Below, one piece after another: positions 37,045-50,323 of a DNA stretch of 64,000 nucleotides (position 1 is its first letter; every line of letters begins with the position of its first letter). Origin of the DNA: an uncultured Burkholderiales bacterium (GTDB lineage: Bacteria > Pseudomonadota > Gammaproteobacteria > Burkholderiales > JAEUOS01); assembly GCA_964443245.1 (NCBI GenBank), contig CAYUEG010000005.1, positions 45 through 64,044 on the forward strand, given 5' to 3'. A program made the translations under genes and the position numbers. Under the pieces are notes generated by a model. The model did not search any database, was not told where the DNA came from, and worked only from the letters and a program-made list of their open reading frames with translations.

Positions 37045-37755
37045 CTAACTTCTTTGTGCTTCTCGAAACCAGCCCAACACGGCCGCCACTGCCTGATCCA
37101 CCGAAAGTTGCGTAGTGTCCAGCAATTTCGCCTCGGCGAGCTGTCTTAACGGCGCTGCAGCGCGCGCGGCGTCACGCTGGTCTCGCCCCTCCAAATCTGC
37201 CAGAACAGATTCGAAAAGGACGCGCATTCTACCATTATTTTCTTTTTCGATCAAACCCTTAGCGTCATTTAACGGCAGCCGTTCGAGCTGCGCCACGCGC
37301 CGGAAAGCGCGCTCCCTGGCCGAGGCTGTGAGGAATACCTTCAGCACAGCCTGCGGGAACACCACGGACGCCATGTCACGCCCATCTGCCACCAAACCTG
37401 GGGTCGCCAAAAAGGCACGCTGGCGCGCCAGCAGGGCGGCCCGGACGGCAGGCACGGCGGCAATGCGCGAAGCGTTGGCGCCGCAGGCTTCGCTGCGAAT
37501 ATCGGCCGTCACATCCACGTCGCCCAGCCATACCCCTTGGCCGAATCGCAGAGGCATGTCCTGCGCGAGCGCCGCGACCCGCCCGGGCTCGGCATCGAGA
37601 TCCACCCCGGCACGCGTTGCGACCAGAGCGGCTGCACGATAAATGGCGCCACTATCAAGGTAGTGAAATCCCAGGGTGGCCGCCACGCGTTCGGCGACGG
37701 TACCCTTGCCCGAGGCAGAGGGGCCGTCAATCGCAATGACGGGCAAATCGCTCAT
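37045..37755 (-). CDS. cmk: Cytidylate kinase
   Basis: 236 aa with a P-loop ([12 protein letters not shown]). It sits in the conserved aroA-cmk-rpsA order and its start overlaps the aroA stop. Confidence 0.9.
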   Translation of the reverse strand: MSDLPVIAIDGPSASGKGTVAERVAATLGFHYLDSGAIYRAAALVATRAGVDLDAEPGRVAALAQDMPLRFGQGVWLGDVDVTADIRSEACGANASRIAAVPAVRAALLARQRAFLATPGLVADGRDMASVVFPQAVLKVFLTASARERAFRRVAQLERLPLNDAKGLIEKENNGRMRVLFESVLADLEGRDQRDAARAAAPLRQLAEAKLLDTTQLSVDQAVAAVLGWFREAQRS

Positions 37756-39047
37756 GCCACCAGCCGGGTGAACTCGGAAAAATAGGTCGGAAACGTCTTG
37801 CCCACGCAGCCGGGCTCATTGATGCGCACGGGCACCCGGCCAAACGAAGCCAGCGAAAAGCACATCGCCATGCGGTGATCGTCATACGTATCGATGGCCG
37901 CATGCGGCGTCAATTGGGCAGGCGGGGTCACACGCAGATAGTCGGCACCTTCTTCCACGACGGCGCCAAGCTTGCGCAGTTCAGTGGCCATGGCATGAAT
38001 GCGATCGGTTTCCTTTACCCGCCAGGAACCAATGTTGCGCAAGGTGGAAGGACCATCGGCAAACAGGGCCAGCACGGCAATGGTCATGGCTGCATCGGGA
38101 ATATGGTTGAAATCGGCATCGATGGCACGCAGCTTCTCATCTTCATGGCCTCGCACCTCGATCCAGGTATCTGCCGCCGAAATGTTTGCGCCCATGCGTG
38201 CCAGGGCTTCAATGAATTTCACATCCCCCTGGATGCTGGCGCGTCCGACGCCTTCAACGCGCACCGGCCCGGCACTGCCGCCCCCGCCAAGAGCCCCGGC
38301 CGCCAGGAAATACGATGCCGACGAAGCATCGCCCTCGACCGCAATGCTGCCCGGGCTGGCATAGCGCGCAGCGGGAAGCCGGAACGCACTCCAGCCCTCC
38401 CGTTCCACCTGGATGCCGAAGCGCGCCATCAGGTTGAGCGTGATCTCGATATAGGGCTTTGAAATGAGCTCCCCCACCACCTCGATGGTGGCAGCCTTGC
38501 CCGTCAGCGGCAATGCCATGAGAAGCGCAGTCAGGAACTGGCTTGAGACATTGCCCCTGACCGGCACCGGGCCGCCCAGCGTGATGTTGGCTGGGTGAAT
38601 CTGCAGTGGCGGATAACCTTCGGTGCCCACGTAGCGCACGTCTGCCCCGACGGCGCGCAGGCCGTCGACCAGATCGCCGATCGGGCGTTCGTGCATGCGC
38701 GGCACGCCGGACAGGGTGTAGCGCCCACCGCTCAAGGCCAGCGCCGCAGTCAAGGGGCGGATCGCGGTACCGGCATTGCCCATGAAGAGGTCTGCCTGCT
38801 TGACCCGAAAGACGCCGCCTGCGCCGGATACCACCCAGTCCTCGCCTTGCCGCGCCAGTGCCACGCCCAGCGTCTTGAGGGCCGCAAGCATCACCTTTGT
38901 ATCGTCAGAATCCAGCAGGTCGACAATGCGCGTCTCTCCCGCAGCGAGGGCCGCCAGCAACAGGGTGCGGTTGGAAATGCTTTTCGAACCCGGCAGCTTG
39001 ATGACGCCGCTGGCACGGGTGACAGGTGGCAGGTCGAGAAAATCCAT
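37752..39047 (-). CDS. aroA: 3-phosphoshikimate 1-carboxyvinyltransferase (EPSP synthase)
   Basis: 431 aa with [17 protein letters not shown] and [13 protein letters not shown] motifs. Confidence 0.95.
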   Translation of the reverse strand: MDFLDLPPVTRASGVIKLPGSKSISNRTLLLAALAAGETRIVDLLDSDDTKVMLAALKTLGVALARQGEDWVVSGAGGVFRVKQADLFMGNAGTAIRPLTAALALSGGRYTLSGVPRMHERPIGDLVDGLRAVGADVRYVGTEGYPPLQIHPANITLGGPVPVRGNVSSQFLTALLMALPLTGKAATIEVVGELISKPYIEITLNLMARFGIQVEREGWSAFRLPAARYASPGSIAVEGDASSASYFLAAGALGGGGSAGPVRVEGVGRASIQGDVKFIEALARMGANISAADTWIEVRGHEDEKLRAIDADFNHIPDAAMTIAVLALFADGPSTLRNIGSWRVKETDRIHAMATELRKLGAVVEEGADYLRVTPPAQLTPHAAIDTYDDHRMAMCFSLASFGRVPVRINEPGCVGKTFPTYFSEFTRLVA

Positions 39048-39953
39048 CTACGCGTCCCGCACTGGCAGGCTTGCGCCTTTGCCCTGGCTTTCAATCGAAT
39101 CCAGCCACGCTCGGCGCGCGTCCCTGGCATGGGCGAACACGGCATCGAGCGCTGCCGCATCACCGGCAGCTATCATGGCGCGCACCGCCTGCAGCCGCGC
39201 CAGATAGGCATCCAGCTCCACCAGCAGCGCGCCCTGGTTGGCAATCGAGATATCGCGCCACATTTCGGGACTGCTGCCGGCGATGCGGGTGAAATCACGA
39301 AATCCGCTGGCGGCGTACTGAAACAGGGTCTCGGCATGCGGCTTGCGGGCTATCTCGTCCACCAACGCGAAAGCCAGCACATGCGGCAAATGGCTGACAG
39401 CCGCAAAGGTCTGGTCGTGCATGGCAGGTGCCATCTCGAAAACCCTTGCGCCGCAAGCCTCCCAGGCCTGACGCACGCGAAGAATGGCTCCTGGAGCGGT
39501 TTCTGGCAGGGAGGCGATCACCAGCTTCTTGCCTTCGTACAAATCGGCGCGCGCCGCCTCGGCGCCGGTCAGCTCGGCGCCCGCGATCGGGTGGGCCGGC
39601 ACAAACTGCGCAATACGCGAGCCGAAGGCGGCGCGGGCCAGCGCCACCACGTCGCTCTTGGTGCTGCCGCCGTCGGTGACAATCGAGCGGTCATCCAGGC
39701 AAGGCGCAATCTCGGAAAACACGCGTTCCATCTGTCCAACGGGCGTCGCAACGAAAATGAAATCGGCCCCCTGATAGGCTGCCGCCGGTGAGGTGGCAAT
39801 CTCGTCAATCAGGCCCAACGCGAGCGCGCTCTCCAGATTGGCACGGCCGCGCCCTACGCCGACGACATGCTTGACCAGGCCCTTGCGCTTCAAGGCCAGT
39901 GCAAAGGACCCGCCGATCAGGCCGACGCCGACGATGGCGAGTTTGTCGATCAA
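39048..39953 (-). CDS. tyrA: Prephenate/arogenate dehydrogenase
   Basis: 301 aa with a Rossmann IVGVGLIGGS motif and a prephenate dehydrogenase core (HPIAG). Confidence 0.85.
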   Translation of the reverse strand: MIDKLAIVGVGLIGGSFALALKRKGLVKHVVGVGRGRANLESALALGLIDEIATSPAAAYQGADFIFVATPVGQMERVFSEIAPCLDDRSIVTDGGSTKSDVVALARAAFGSRIAQFVPAHPIAGAELTGAEAARADLYEGKKLVIASLPETAPGAILRVRQAWEACGARVFEMAPAMHDQTFAAVSHLPHVLAFALVDEIARKPHAETLFQYAASGFRDFTRIAGSSPEMWRDISIANQGALLVELDAYLARLQAVRAMIAAGDAAALDAVFAHARDARRAWLDSIESQGKGASLPVRDA

Positions 39954-39955
39954 GG

Positions 39956-41095
39956 TCAGTCCTTCATTGAGGCCTGCGCCACCTCGGCAAGCGCCTCACT
40001 GAGGGCGGCGAGGAAACGTGCATTCTCGTGCGGCAGGCCGATCGTGACGCGAACGTGCTTGGGCAGTTCGTAGCCCACGATCGGGCGCACGATCACGCCA
40101 CGCCTGAGCAGTGCGTTGAACACGGCAGGGCCGTTGCCGACATTGATCGTGACGAAGTTCCCGAAGGACGGAATGTAGTCGAGCCCCAACGCCTTGACGC
40201 CATCGACCAGTTGCCGCATGCCAACGCGATTGTTCTCGAAGGTACGTTGAACGAACTCATCGTCACCGAGAGCCGCGACCGCAGCAGCCAGCGCAATCGA
40301 ATTGACATTGAAGGGGGCGCGCACGCGGTTGACCATGTCACACACCTGCGGGTTCGCCAGCATGTAGCCACAGCGCAACCCGGCCAGGCCGTAGATCTTG
40401 CAGAAGGTGCGTGTGAGCACCAGATTCGGAAATTCCTTCAGCCACGCGGTGGTGTCCACCCTCAGTTCGTGCGGAAGAAATTCGTTATAGGCCTCGTCAA
40501 GCACGACAATGACATGGCTCGGCACTTTCTTGAGGAAAGCGTGAATCTCGGCGTAGGGAGTGAACGTGCCGGTCGGGTTGTTCGGATTGGCCAAAAACAG
40601 CATGCGGGTGTCGGGCCGAATCGCTGCCAGCATCGCATCCAGATCATTGCCATAGGCCTTGGCCGGCACCTTGATGCCAGCCGCGCCGCGCGCCTGGGTC
40701 GTGATCGGGTACACCGCGAAGCAGTGCTGGCTGTAGACCGCCGACACCCCGGGGGCGAGGTAGGCCATCGCCACGTAATCAAGCAGATCGTTGGAACCAT
40801 TGCCGACGACGATGCTGTCCATCGCCACGCCCCACTTTTTCGCCAGCGCAGCCTTGAGCTCGTAAGCGCCGCCGTCAGGATACAAGTGCACTTCCTCGAG
40901 GGCCTTGACCATCGCCGCCCTGGCTTTCGCGCCGCACCCCAGCGGATTTTCATTGGAGGCGAGCTTGATGATGTCTTTCTCGGGCAGCCCGAGTTCGCGC
41001 GCCACCTCGGAGATTGGCTTGCCCGGCTGGTAGGGGGCGATGCCACGCACGTAAGCGGGCGCAAGTTCGATGTAGTTCATGGTATCAGGCAGCAC
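39956..41095 (-). CDS. hisC: Histidinol-phosphate/aromatic aminotransferase (class II)
   Basis: 379 aa with LASNENPLG, the PLP-Lys region RTFCKIYGLAGLRCGY, and a position inside the aromatic amino-acid cluster. Confidence 0.85.
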   Translation of the reverse strand: MLPDTMNYIELAPAYVRGIAPYQPGKPISEVARELGLPEKDIIKLASNENPLGCGAKARAAMVKALEEVHLYPDGGAYELKAALAKKWGVAMDSIVVGNGSNDLLDYVAMAYLAPGVSAVYSQHCFAVYPITTQARGAAGIKVPAKAYGNDLDAMLAAIRPDTRMLFLANPNNPTGTFTPYAEIHAFLKKVPSHVIVVLDEAYNEFLPHELRVDTTAWLKEFPNLVLTRTFCKIYGLAGLRCGYMLANPQVCDMVNRVRAPFNVNSIALAAAVAALGDDEFVQRTFENNRVGMRQLVDGVKALGLDYIPSFGNFVTINVGNGPAVFNALLRRGVIVRPIVGYELPKHVRVTIGLPHENARFLAALSEALAEVAQASMKD

Positions 41096-41161
41096 AAAAA
41101 AAGGTCATCACAAAGAGAATCCCTGGCAGCGGCCGCCGCCGGGGTGTTGGCGACACGATCG

Positions 41162-42265
41162 TCAATAGTCCCCGACCGGGAAGGAGCCGAAGATCTTGAG
41201 ATAGGGCGCGATGGACTTCAGTTCGGCCAACGCAGTGGCCAGAACCGTGTCAGTCTGGTGGCCTTCCAGATCGACATAGAACAGGTATTCCCAGGAACCC
41301 GGCATGGAAGCAATCTTGGCGGGACGCGACTCCAGTTTCGTCATCGAAACGCCATGCTTGGCAAACGGTGTCAGCAAGGCATGGACAGCCCCCGGCTTGT
41401 TGGGCGCGGACATGACCAGCCAGGTGCGGTCGCGGCCGGTGCGTTGCGCTTCAACATGGCCGGCGACGATGAAACGCGTGCGATTGGTCGGGTCGTCCTC
41501 GATGTTCTGCGCCAAGACCGTCAAGCCATAGTTCTCCGCCGCGTTGAGGCCGGCAATGGCTGCGGTGTTGTCATCGAGGCTGGCCAGGCGGGCCGCCTCT
41601 GCGTTGGACTCGACAGTGACGCGATCGACGCCGGGCAGGTTGCGATTGAGCCAATTCTGGGTTTGCGCAAGCGATTGGCCGTGCGAATACACTTTGGTGA
41701 TGCCTGTCATGCCGGCTTCGGCGCCGGTGCCCTTGCGCATCAGGTTCTGCTGTACGCGCACCACCACTTCGCCGCAAATCTTGAGCGGCGTCAACAGCAG
41801 CAGATCGAGGGCGCGCGAGATGGCCCCTTCGGTGGAGTTTTCTACCGGTACGACGGAAAAATCGGTTTCGCCGCTCTCGGTACGACGGAACACTTCGTCG
41901 AAATTGGCGCAGGGCACGGCCACACAGGACCGCCCGAACTGCTTGATCGCTGCCTGCTCGGAAAAGGTGCCGGCCGGCCCCAAGTAGGCGACGCGGATCG
42001 GCCGCTGCAAGGCCGAGCTGGCGGACATGATCTCGTGGTAGATGCGGCTGACGGCTTCGTTGGGCAGCGGACCGGGATTGACCTCCTGCAGACGCCGCAG
42101 GACATGGGCCTCACGTTCCGGGCGATAGACCACCGCGGGCCCCTCGCCCCCGGCGCGCTTGGCCTCGCCAATTCGTTTTGAGACCGCCGCGCGGGCATTG
42201 AGAAGCTTGAGCAGCTCGTCGTCGAGCCGGTCGATTTCCAGGCGCAGCTTGGCCAGTTCGCTCAT
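41162..42265 (-). CDS. pheA: Bifunctional chorismate mutase / prephenate dehydratase
   Basis: 367 aa with an N-terminal CM domain ([20 protein letters not shown]), a PDT domain and a C-terminal ACT domain (ESRP motif). Confidence 0.9.
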   Translation of the reverse strand: MSELAKLRLEIDRLDDELLKLLNARAAVSKRIGEAKRAGGEGPAVVYRPEREAHVLRRLQEVNPGPLPNEAVSRIYHEIMSASSALQRPIRVAYLGPAGTFSEQAAIKQFGRSCVAVPCANFDEVFRRTESGETDFSVVPVENSTEGAISRALDLLLLTPLKICGEVVVRVQQNLMRKGTGAEAGMTGITKVYSHGQSLAQTQNWLNRNLPGVDRVTVESNAEAARLASLDDNTAAIAGLNAAENYGLTVLAQNIEDDPTNRTRFIVAGHVEAQRTGRDRTWLVMSAPNKPGAVHALLTPFAKHGVSMTKLESRPAKIASMPGSWEYLFYVDLEGHQTDTVLATALAELKSIAPYLKIFGSFPVGDY

Positions 42266-43356
42266 GTCGCCACCCTTTCCTGCACTTTCTCGAACTCGCG
42301 CATATAGCGCACCAGCGATTGCACGCCTTCGATGGGCATGGCGTTGTAGATGGACGCACGCATACCGCCTACCGAACGGTGCCCCTTCAATTGCACCAGG
42401 CCGCGCGCCTTGGCGCCGAGCAGAAAAGCCTCGTTGAGCGCCTCGTCCTTCAGGAAAAACGGCACGTTCATGCGCGAGCGCGACGCTTTCTCCACGTGAT
42501 TTTCGTACAGGCTACTGCCATCGATAAAGTCGTACAACAGAGCGGCTTTTGCAGCGTTCCTGGTTTCCATCCCGGCCACGCCGCCTTGATCCTTGAGCCA
42601 CTTGAAGACCAGGCCCGCAATGTAAATGGCATAGGTAGGCGGCGTGTTGTACATCGAGTCGTGCTCGGCCACCGTCTTGTACTGGAAGGCGCTGGGGCAG
42701 TGCGCATGGGCCTGTTCCAGCAAATCCTCACGCACGATGGCAATCGTCAGTCCGGCAGGGCCGATGTTTTTCTGCGCCCCGGCGAAGACCACGCCATAGC
42801 GGGAGATATCCATCGGGCGCGACAGGATGTGGGAGGAAGCATCGGCCACCAGCGGCACCTGCCCTACCTCTGGCGCGAAGAAATACTCGACACCGTCGAT
42901 GGTCTCGTTGGTGCAGATATGGACGTAGGCTGCCGATGCATCCAGCTTCCAGGAGTCTACCGGCGGAATGCTGCGGTACTTGCCTTCCTGCGCGGCATCC
43001 GCGGCCAGGTTGATGGTGCCGTAACGCTGCGCTTCCTTGAAGGACTTCTTGGACCACGAGCCGGTGACCACGAAATCCGCGCGCGGATTGCGCCCCATCA
43101 GGTTTAACGGGACGATGGCGTTCTCGCCCAAGCCTCCCCCTTGCATGAAGAGGATCTTGTAGTGTGCGGGTACGGCCAGCAGTTCGCGCAACAGCGCCAC
43201 GGCTTCGGCGTGAATCGCCATGAACTCGGGCCCGCGATGGCTCATCTCCATCACCCCCATGCCCGACCCGTTCCAGTCGAGCATCTCCGCCGCAGCCTGA
43301 CGCAGCACCTGCACTGGCAATGCCGCCGGGCCGGCTGAAAAGTTGTAAACCCGCAT
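42262..43356 (-). CDS. serC: Phosphoserine aminotransferase
   Basis: ORF 42262..43386 trimmed to ATG 43356 ([14 protein letters not shown]...). The PLP-Lys region is [10 protein letters not shown]. Confidence 0.9.
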   Translation of the reverse strand: MRVYNFSAGPAALPVQVLRQAAAEMLDWNGSGMGVMEMSHRGPEFMAIHAEAVALLRELLAVPAHYKILFMQGGGLGENAIVPLNLMGRNPRADFVVTGSWSKKSFKEAQRYGTINLAADAAQEGKYRSIPPVDSWKLDASAAYVHICTNETIDGVEYFFAPEVGQVPLVADASSHILSRPMDISRYGVVFAGAQKNIGPAGLTIAIVREDLLEQAHAHCPSAFQYKTVAEHDSMYNTPPTYAIYIAGLVFKWLKDQGGVAGMETRNAAKAALLYDFIDGSSLYENHVEKASRSRMNVPFFLKDEALNEAFLLGAKARGLVQLKGHRSVGGMRASIYNAMPIEGVQSLVRYMREFEKVQERVAT

Positions 43357-43382
43357 GGGCCCTGCGCCTCTCTGACCTACGG

Positions 43383-46079
<2,697 letters not shown>

Positions 46080-46363
46080 TCTGCAACAGGAGAGTCAAAC
46101 GAAGACAACAAACTGCAACCGTGCATTCGATGCCTTGCGGAATCGGATGCACGTGCGGCGATTGCAACTGGCCGGAGCGCCAATCATTTCCCGGAAACCA
46201 GCGCTCCGACACCTTCGCTCAGCCGCTTGATTTTTGAGCTTGGCTACCGGCGAGAGCAACCATTGATTTTAGCATGCGAGGTCTGTCCAAGACGAGGCTC
46301 CCGAAGTGATTGTGTTCTAATGAATTACACCTAAAAAAGTGCTGCAGATCGGGGAGGAGGAGC

Positions 46364-46741
46364 ATGTTTGGATGGCGCGTCGGCACAGCAATTGAGAGAG
46401 CCGGGGAGAGTGTGCTCCAGGCCGCTCAAGGCGTCCGCCATCCCAGACGGTCTAAGGTCGTTGTCGCCATGCTGGTGCTGGCGTCTGGCTGTTTCCTGTT
46501 CTTGCCTTCGCCGCCCGTCGTGGCGCAATCAGTCAAGGATGCGTATCTGCTGGATTCTCATGGTGAAGTGATACGCAATACGGCCGTCGGTGATGCCAAG
46601 CTGGGAAATCTGTGCTGGCGAACCGGATACTGGACGCCCGCCTTGGCGATATCACAATGTGATCCGGACATTGCGGTGCGCACCGCACCAGCGTCGCGCA
46701 AGCCGCCCGTGCCGCCGGCGGCAAAGCCCGCAGCCCGGTAA
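46364..46741 (+). CDS. Small secreted protein homologous to the N-terminal Cys-containing domain of the downstream OmpA-family protein
   Basis: ORF 46310..46741. ATG 46364 follows GGAGGAGG, and ATG 46469 is an alternative start giving MLVLASGCFLFLPSPPVVAQ as the signal peptide. SVKDAYLLDSHGEVIRNTAVGDAKLGNLCWRTGYWTPALAISQCDPDI aligns with residues about 26-75 of the 48194..48886 product. Confidence 0.55.
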   Translation: MFGWRVGTAIERAGESVLQAAQGVRHPRRSKVVVAMLVLASGCFLFLPSPPVVAQSVKDAYLLDSHGEVIRNTAVGDAKLGNLCWRTGYWTPALAISQCDPDIAVRTAPASRKPPVPPAAKPAAR

Positions 46742-46760
46742 TCGCGCGAGGAGACAAGAC

Positions 46761-48071
46761 ATGAAAACAGTCGACCTCCTGATTCATGCCCGCTGGGTCA
46801 TCCCTGTCGAACCTTCCGGCGTGGTGCTTGAACACCACAGCATCGCCATCCATGAGGGCAAGATAGAGGCAATTGTTCCCACGGCCGCCGCAGGCGCGCA
46901 ATATCAGGCAGGTGAAGAGGTCACCTGCTCGTCCCACGCAGTGCTACCAGGCCTCATCAACCTGCATACCCACGCCGCGATGACATTGCTGCGCGGCTAC
47001 GCGGATGACCTGCCCTTGATGGAGTGGCTCACGCAGCACATCTGGCCGGCAGAGGCCAAGCACGTCTCCACCGATTTCGTTCGCACCGGCAGCCTGCTTG
47101 CCTGCAGCGAGATGCTGCGTGGTGGCGTGACCTGCATGAACGACATGTACTTCTTCCCGGAAGCGACTGCTTCAGCCGTTCTGGCAACCGGCATGCGCGC
47201 CTCCCTGGGGATGATCGCCATCGAGTTTCCCACAGCCTATGCTGCGACTGCAGACGAGTACCTCGCGAAAGGGCTCGACCTGCGCGACCGGCTGCGCCAC
47301 GAAGCCAGCCTGTCATTCTGCCTGGCGCCGCACGCACCCTACACTGTCAGTGACGCCACATTCGAAAAGATTGCGCGTTACGCCGAAGAACTCGACCTGC
47401 CAGTCCATGTGCATGTGCACGAAACCGCAGGCGAGATTGCCGATGAGGTCGAAAAGCACGGAGTGCGCCCACTGGCGAGACTTGATCGCCTGGGTCTGGT
47501 CGGGCCCCACCTGATCGCGGTGCATGCGGTTCACCTGAATGAAGACGAAATCGCCTTGCTGGCACGAACGGGCGCATCGGTAGCGCATTGCCCGGCGTCC
47601 AACCTGAAACTGGCCAGCGGCCTGGCACCCACTGCCGCGCTGGAGGCTGCCGGCGTCAATCTCGGGATCGGGACGGACGGTGCCGCATCGAATAACCGCC
47701 TCGACATGTTTGCCGAAATGCGCCTGGCTGCCCTGCTGGCCAAGGGCGCGTCCGGCAACGCCGGCGCACTGCCGGCCCAGTACGCCTTGCAGGCGGCCAC
47801 GCTCAATGGCGCTCGCGCCATGGGCCAGGAAGCCCGCATCGGCTCCCTGATCCCGGGCAAACTGGCCGACGTGATCGCCGTCAATCTCGGCGCATCCGAC
47901 TTGCAACCGGTGTATGACCCGGTCTCGCATCTGGTTTACACTGCAGGACGGCGCGATGTCACCCATGTTTGGGTAGGCGGCAAGGCCGTTGTAAAATCAC
48001 AACAGGTTCTCGGGGTCGACAAGCAGGAGTTGGATTCCGCAGTACTTGTGTGGCAAAATCGGATGAACTAA
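46761..48071 (+). CDS. mtaD: TRZ/ATZ-family amidohydrolase (5-methylthioadenosine/S-adenosylhomocysteine deaminase-like)
   Basis: ORF 46590..48071 trimmed to ATG 46761 (GAGGAG upstream), giving 436 aa. It has the metal-binding NLHTHAAM motif, the HVHETAGE motif and GTDGAASNN. Confidence 0.75.
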   Translation: MKTVDLLIHARWVIPVEPSGVVLEHHSIAIHEGKIEAIVPTAAAGAQYQAGEEVTCSSHAVLPGLINLHTHAAMTLLRGYADDLPLMEWLTQHIWPAEAKHVSTDFVRTGSLLACSEMLRGGVTCMNDMYFFPEATASAVLATGMRASLGMIAIEFPTAYAATADEYLAKGLDLRDRLRHEASLSFCLAPHAPYTVSDATFEKIARYAEELDLPVHVHVHETAGEIADEVEKHGVRPLARLDRLGLVGPHLIAVHAVHLNEDEIALLARTGASVAHCPASNLKLASGLAPTAALEAAGVNLGIGTDGAASNNRLDMFAEMRLAALLAKGASGNAGALPAQYALQAATLNGARAMGQEARIGSLIPGKLADVIAVNLGASDLQPVYDPVSHLVYTAGRRDVTHVWVGGKAVVKSQQVLGVDKQELDSAVLVWQNRMN

Positions 48072-48193
48072 CCGGGGGAGAGCCCTTAACTCATCTGCTG
48101 AAACGCTTTCGGCATGTGTGTCAAGGGTTTACAATTCGGACGTTGGCAAGTTTTCACGAACCAGTATCAATTCCATTCGTAAAGAGGAGAAAA

Positions 48194-48886
48194 ATGAAAC
48201 TCTCGACCAAGTTGGGCGTGCTGTTGGCAGCAGTCGGCATCAGCGCTTCCATGGGCGTTTCCGCCCAGAACAGCAAGGACGGCTACGTGCAGCAATCGAA
48301 CGGCACCATCGTCCGCAATTCCAACTTCGGCGACCCGAAGATCGGCAACCTGTGCTGGCGCACCAGCTATTGGACCCCGGCTATCGCCAATTGCGAATGT
48401 GATGCTGACATCGTCGGCGCTGCATGCCGTCCGGCCCCGCCACCTGCTCCTGCTGCTAAGCCGGCACCTGCTCCCGCGCCCGCACCGGCAGCCAAGCCGG
48501 CCGCCAAGCCTGCCGCTCCTGCGGTCGTAGCGCAAAAGGTGACCTTCGCTGCTGACGCCTTCTTCGACTTCAACAAAGCTGTGTTGAAGCCGGAAGCCAA
48601 AGCCAAGCTGGATGATCTCACCGGCAAGCTCAAGGGCATTACGCTGGAAGTGATCATCGCTGTCGGCCACACTGACTCGATTGGTGGGGACGCTTACAAC
48701 CAGAAGCTGTCGGTCAAGCGTGCTGAAGCCGTCAAGGCCTACCTGGTGACCAAAGGCATTGAGCCGAACCGCATCTACACCGAAGGCAAAGGCAAGAAGC
48801 AGCCGGTCGCCGACAACAAGACGGATCAGGGCCGTGCCAAGAACCGTCGTGTGGAAATCGAAGTGGTCGGCACCCGCCCGAACTAA
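48194..48886 (+). CDS. OmpA-family peptidoglycan-associated outer-membrane protein
   Basis: ORF 47969..48886 trimmed to ATG 48194 (AGAGGAGA upstream), giving 230 aa. It has a signal peptide, an N-terminal Cys-containing domain, an (AP)/(AAKP) linker and a C-terminal OmpA_C domain (GHTDSIGGDAYNQKLSVKRAEAV...NRRVEIEV). Confidence 0.85.
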   Translation: MKLSTKLGVLLAAVGISASMGVSAQNSKDGYVQQSNGTIVRNSNFGDPKIGNLCWRTSYWTPAIANCECDADIVGAACRPAPPPAPAAKPAPAPAPAPAAKPAAKPAAPAVVAQKVTFAADAFFDFNKAVLKPEAKAKLDDLTGKLKGITLEVIIAVGHTDSIGGDAYNQKLSVKRAEAVKAYLVTKGIEPNRIYTEGKGKKQPVADNKTDQGRAKNRRVEIEVVGTRPN

Positions 48887-48902
48887 TCGTCTCCCGCAAC
48901 GC

Positions 48903-48935
48903 AAAAAGCCCCGCCTAGGCGGGGCTTTTTCTTTT
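48903..48935 (+). terminator. Rho-independent terminator after the OmpA-family gene
   Basis: aaaaAGCCCCGCCtaGGCGGGGCTttttctttt is a GC-rich stem followed by a T-run. Confidence 0.85.
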
Positions 48936-48999
48936 CCTCCTTTCGCCTTGCCCTCTAGTCCCCTTCGTTGATCCTGAGATTTTCATTCACGAGCATCAC

Positions 49000-49719
49000 A
49001 TGCACCGCCCCAGCCAACGCCTGCCCAACCAGCTGCGCCAGATCAACATCACGCGCCATTTCACCCGCCATGCCGAAGGATCGGTACTGATCGAATTCGG
49101 CGATACCAAGGTCATCTGCACCGCCAGTGTCGAAGACAAAGTGCCGGGCTTTCTGAAAGGCAAAGGCCAGGGATGGCTCACCGCCGAATATGGCATGCTT
49201 CCGCGCTCCACCCACACCCGCTCGGATCGCGAAGCAGCACGCGGCAAGCAGTCCGGGCGAACCCAGGAGATCCAGCGCCTGATCGGGCGCTCACTGCGCG
49301 CCGTTACCGATCTGACCGTCCTGGGCGAACGCACCATCCAGATAGACTGTGACGTGATCCAGGCCGACGGCGGCACCCGTACCGCCAGCATCACTGGCGC
49401 GTGGGTGGCCGTATACGATGCCATCAGCGGGCTGCGCGCCAGCGGTGCGCTGGCAGGCAACCCGCTACGCGACCATGTTGCTGCCGTTTCTGTCGGCCTG
49501 TATCAGGGCGTCGCGGTACTTGACCTGGACTACCCGGAAGATTCGGAATGCGATACGGACATGAATGTGGTGATGACGGGTAGCGGACATTTTGTCGAAA
49601 TTCAGGGCACAGCCGAGGGCGCGGCATTCACACGCAGTGAGATGAACGCGCTGCTTGAACTGGCCAGTACCGGCATCGCCGAGCTCGTCCAGCGCCAAAA
49701 GCAAGCCGTCGGAATTTGA
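49000..49719 (+). CDS. rph: Ribonuclease PH
   Basis: 239 aa. [41 protein letters not shown] is canonical RNase PH. Confidence 0.95.
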   Translation: MHRPSQRLPNQLRQINITRHFTRHAEGSVLIEFGDTKVICTASVEDKVPGFLKGKGQGWLTAEYGMLPRSTHTRSDREAARGKQSGRTQEIQRLIGRSLRAVTDLTVLGERTIQIDCDVIQADGGTRTASITGAWVAVYDAISGLRASGALAGNPLRDHVAAVSVGLYQGVAVLDLDYPEDSECDTDMNVVMTGSGHFVEIQGTAEGAAFTRSEMNALLELASTGIAELVQRQKQAVGI

Positions 49720-49732
49720 AGGCAGTACGGCC

Positions 49733-50323
49733 ATGCGCGAAATCGTCATTGCTTCCGGCAACGCCGGAAAACTGGCCGAAATCGAGGCCATCCTCAAACC
49801 ACTGGGATGGCAAGGTGTACCGCAGTCGGCGTACAAGGTACCGGAGGCCGAAGAGCCATACCCGACCTTTGTTGAGAACGCGTTGGCCAAGGCACGCAAT
49901 GCTGCACTCCATTCAGGCCAGGCCGCATTGGCCGACGATTCGGGCATTTGCGTACACGCCTTGCAGGGCGCGCCGGGAGTGCTGTCAGCCCGTTATGCAG
50001 GAGAACCGAGATCAGATGCGCGCAACAACGAGAAGCTGGTGGCTGCTCTCAAGGGGCAACACGACCGAACCGCCTACTACTACGCTGCATTGGTGCTGGT
50101 GCGCCACGCCAATGATCCCCAACCGCTGATCGCGGAAGGTCGTTGGGCGGGAGAAGTTCTCGAAACGCCCCGAGGCGAAGGCGGCTTCGGCTATGACCCC
50201 TATTTTTTCTTGCCGGACCTGGGTCGAACCGCGGCCGAACTGTCGGCGTACGAAAAGAATCTCGTGAGCCATCGCGGGAAGGCCCTGCGGCGCCTCGCCG
50301 GATTGATCAAGGAACAGTGGTAA
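49733..50323 (+). CDS. rdgB: Non-canonical purine NTP pyrophosphatase RdgB/HAM1
   Basis: ORF 49655..50323 trimmed to ATG 49733 (MREIVIASGNAGKLAEI...). FGYDPYF and SHRG motifs are present. Confidence 0.9.
   Translation: MREIVIASGNAGKLAEIEAILKPLGWQGVPQSAYKVPEAEEPYPTFVENALAKARNAALHSGQAALADDSGICVHALQGAPGVLSARYAGEPRSDARNNEKLVAALKGQHDRTAYYYAALVLVRHANDPQPLIAEGRWAGEVLETPRGEGGFGYDPYFFLPDLGRTAAELSAYEKNLVSHRGKALRRLAGLIKEQW

Noticed and set aside
39478-39496. 12-nt match (AAGAATGGCTCC, then GGAGC after one base) between the 9012-9044 palindrome and a site inside tyrA
   Set aside because: The second site is inside a well-supported coding region, lacks the full inverted arm and is most simply a chance partial match. 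This is not enough to call a dispersed repeat family.
38595-39791. 398-aa plus-strand ORF
   Set aside because: It is antisense to aroA and tyrA.
40028-42181. 717-aa plus-strand ORF, the longest unexplained ORF in the track
   Set aside because: It lies exactly antisense to hisC and pheA, both of which have clear family motifs. Its translation is Arg/Gly/Ala/His-rich with no recognisable domain. It is the typical open antisense frame of high-GC coding DNA.
46590-46760. Upstream extension of the deaminase ORF overlapping the small OmpA-N-like gene
   Set aside because: ATG 46761 has a GAGGAG Shine-Dalgarno sequence and begins the conserved MKTVDLLIHARWVIP N-terminus. The extension has no family similarity.
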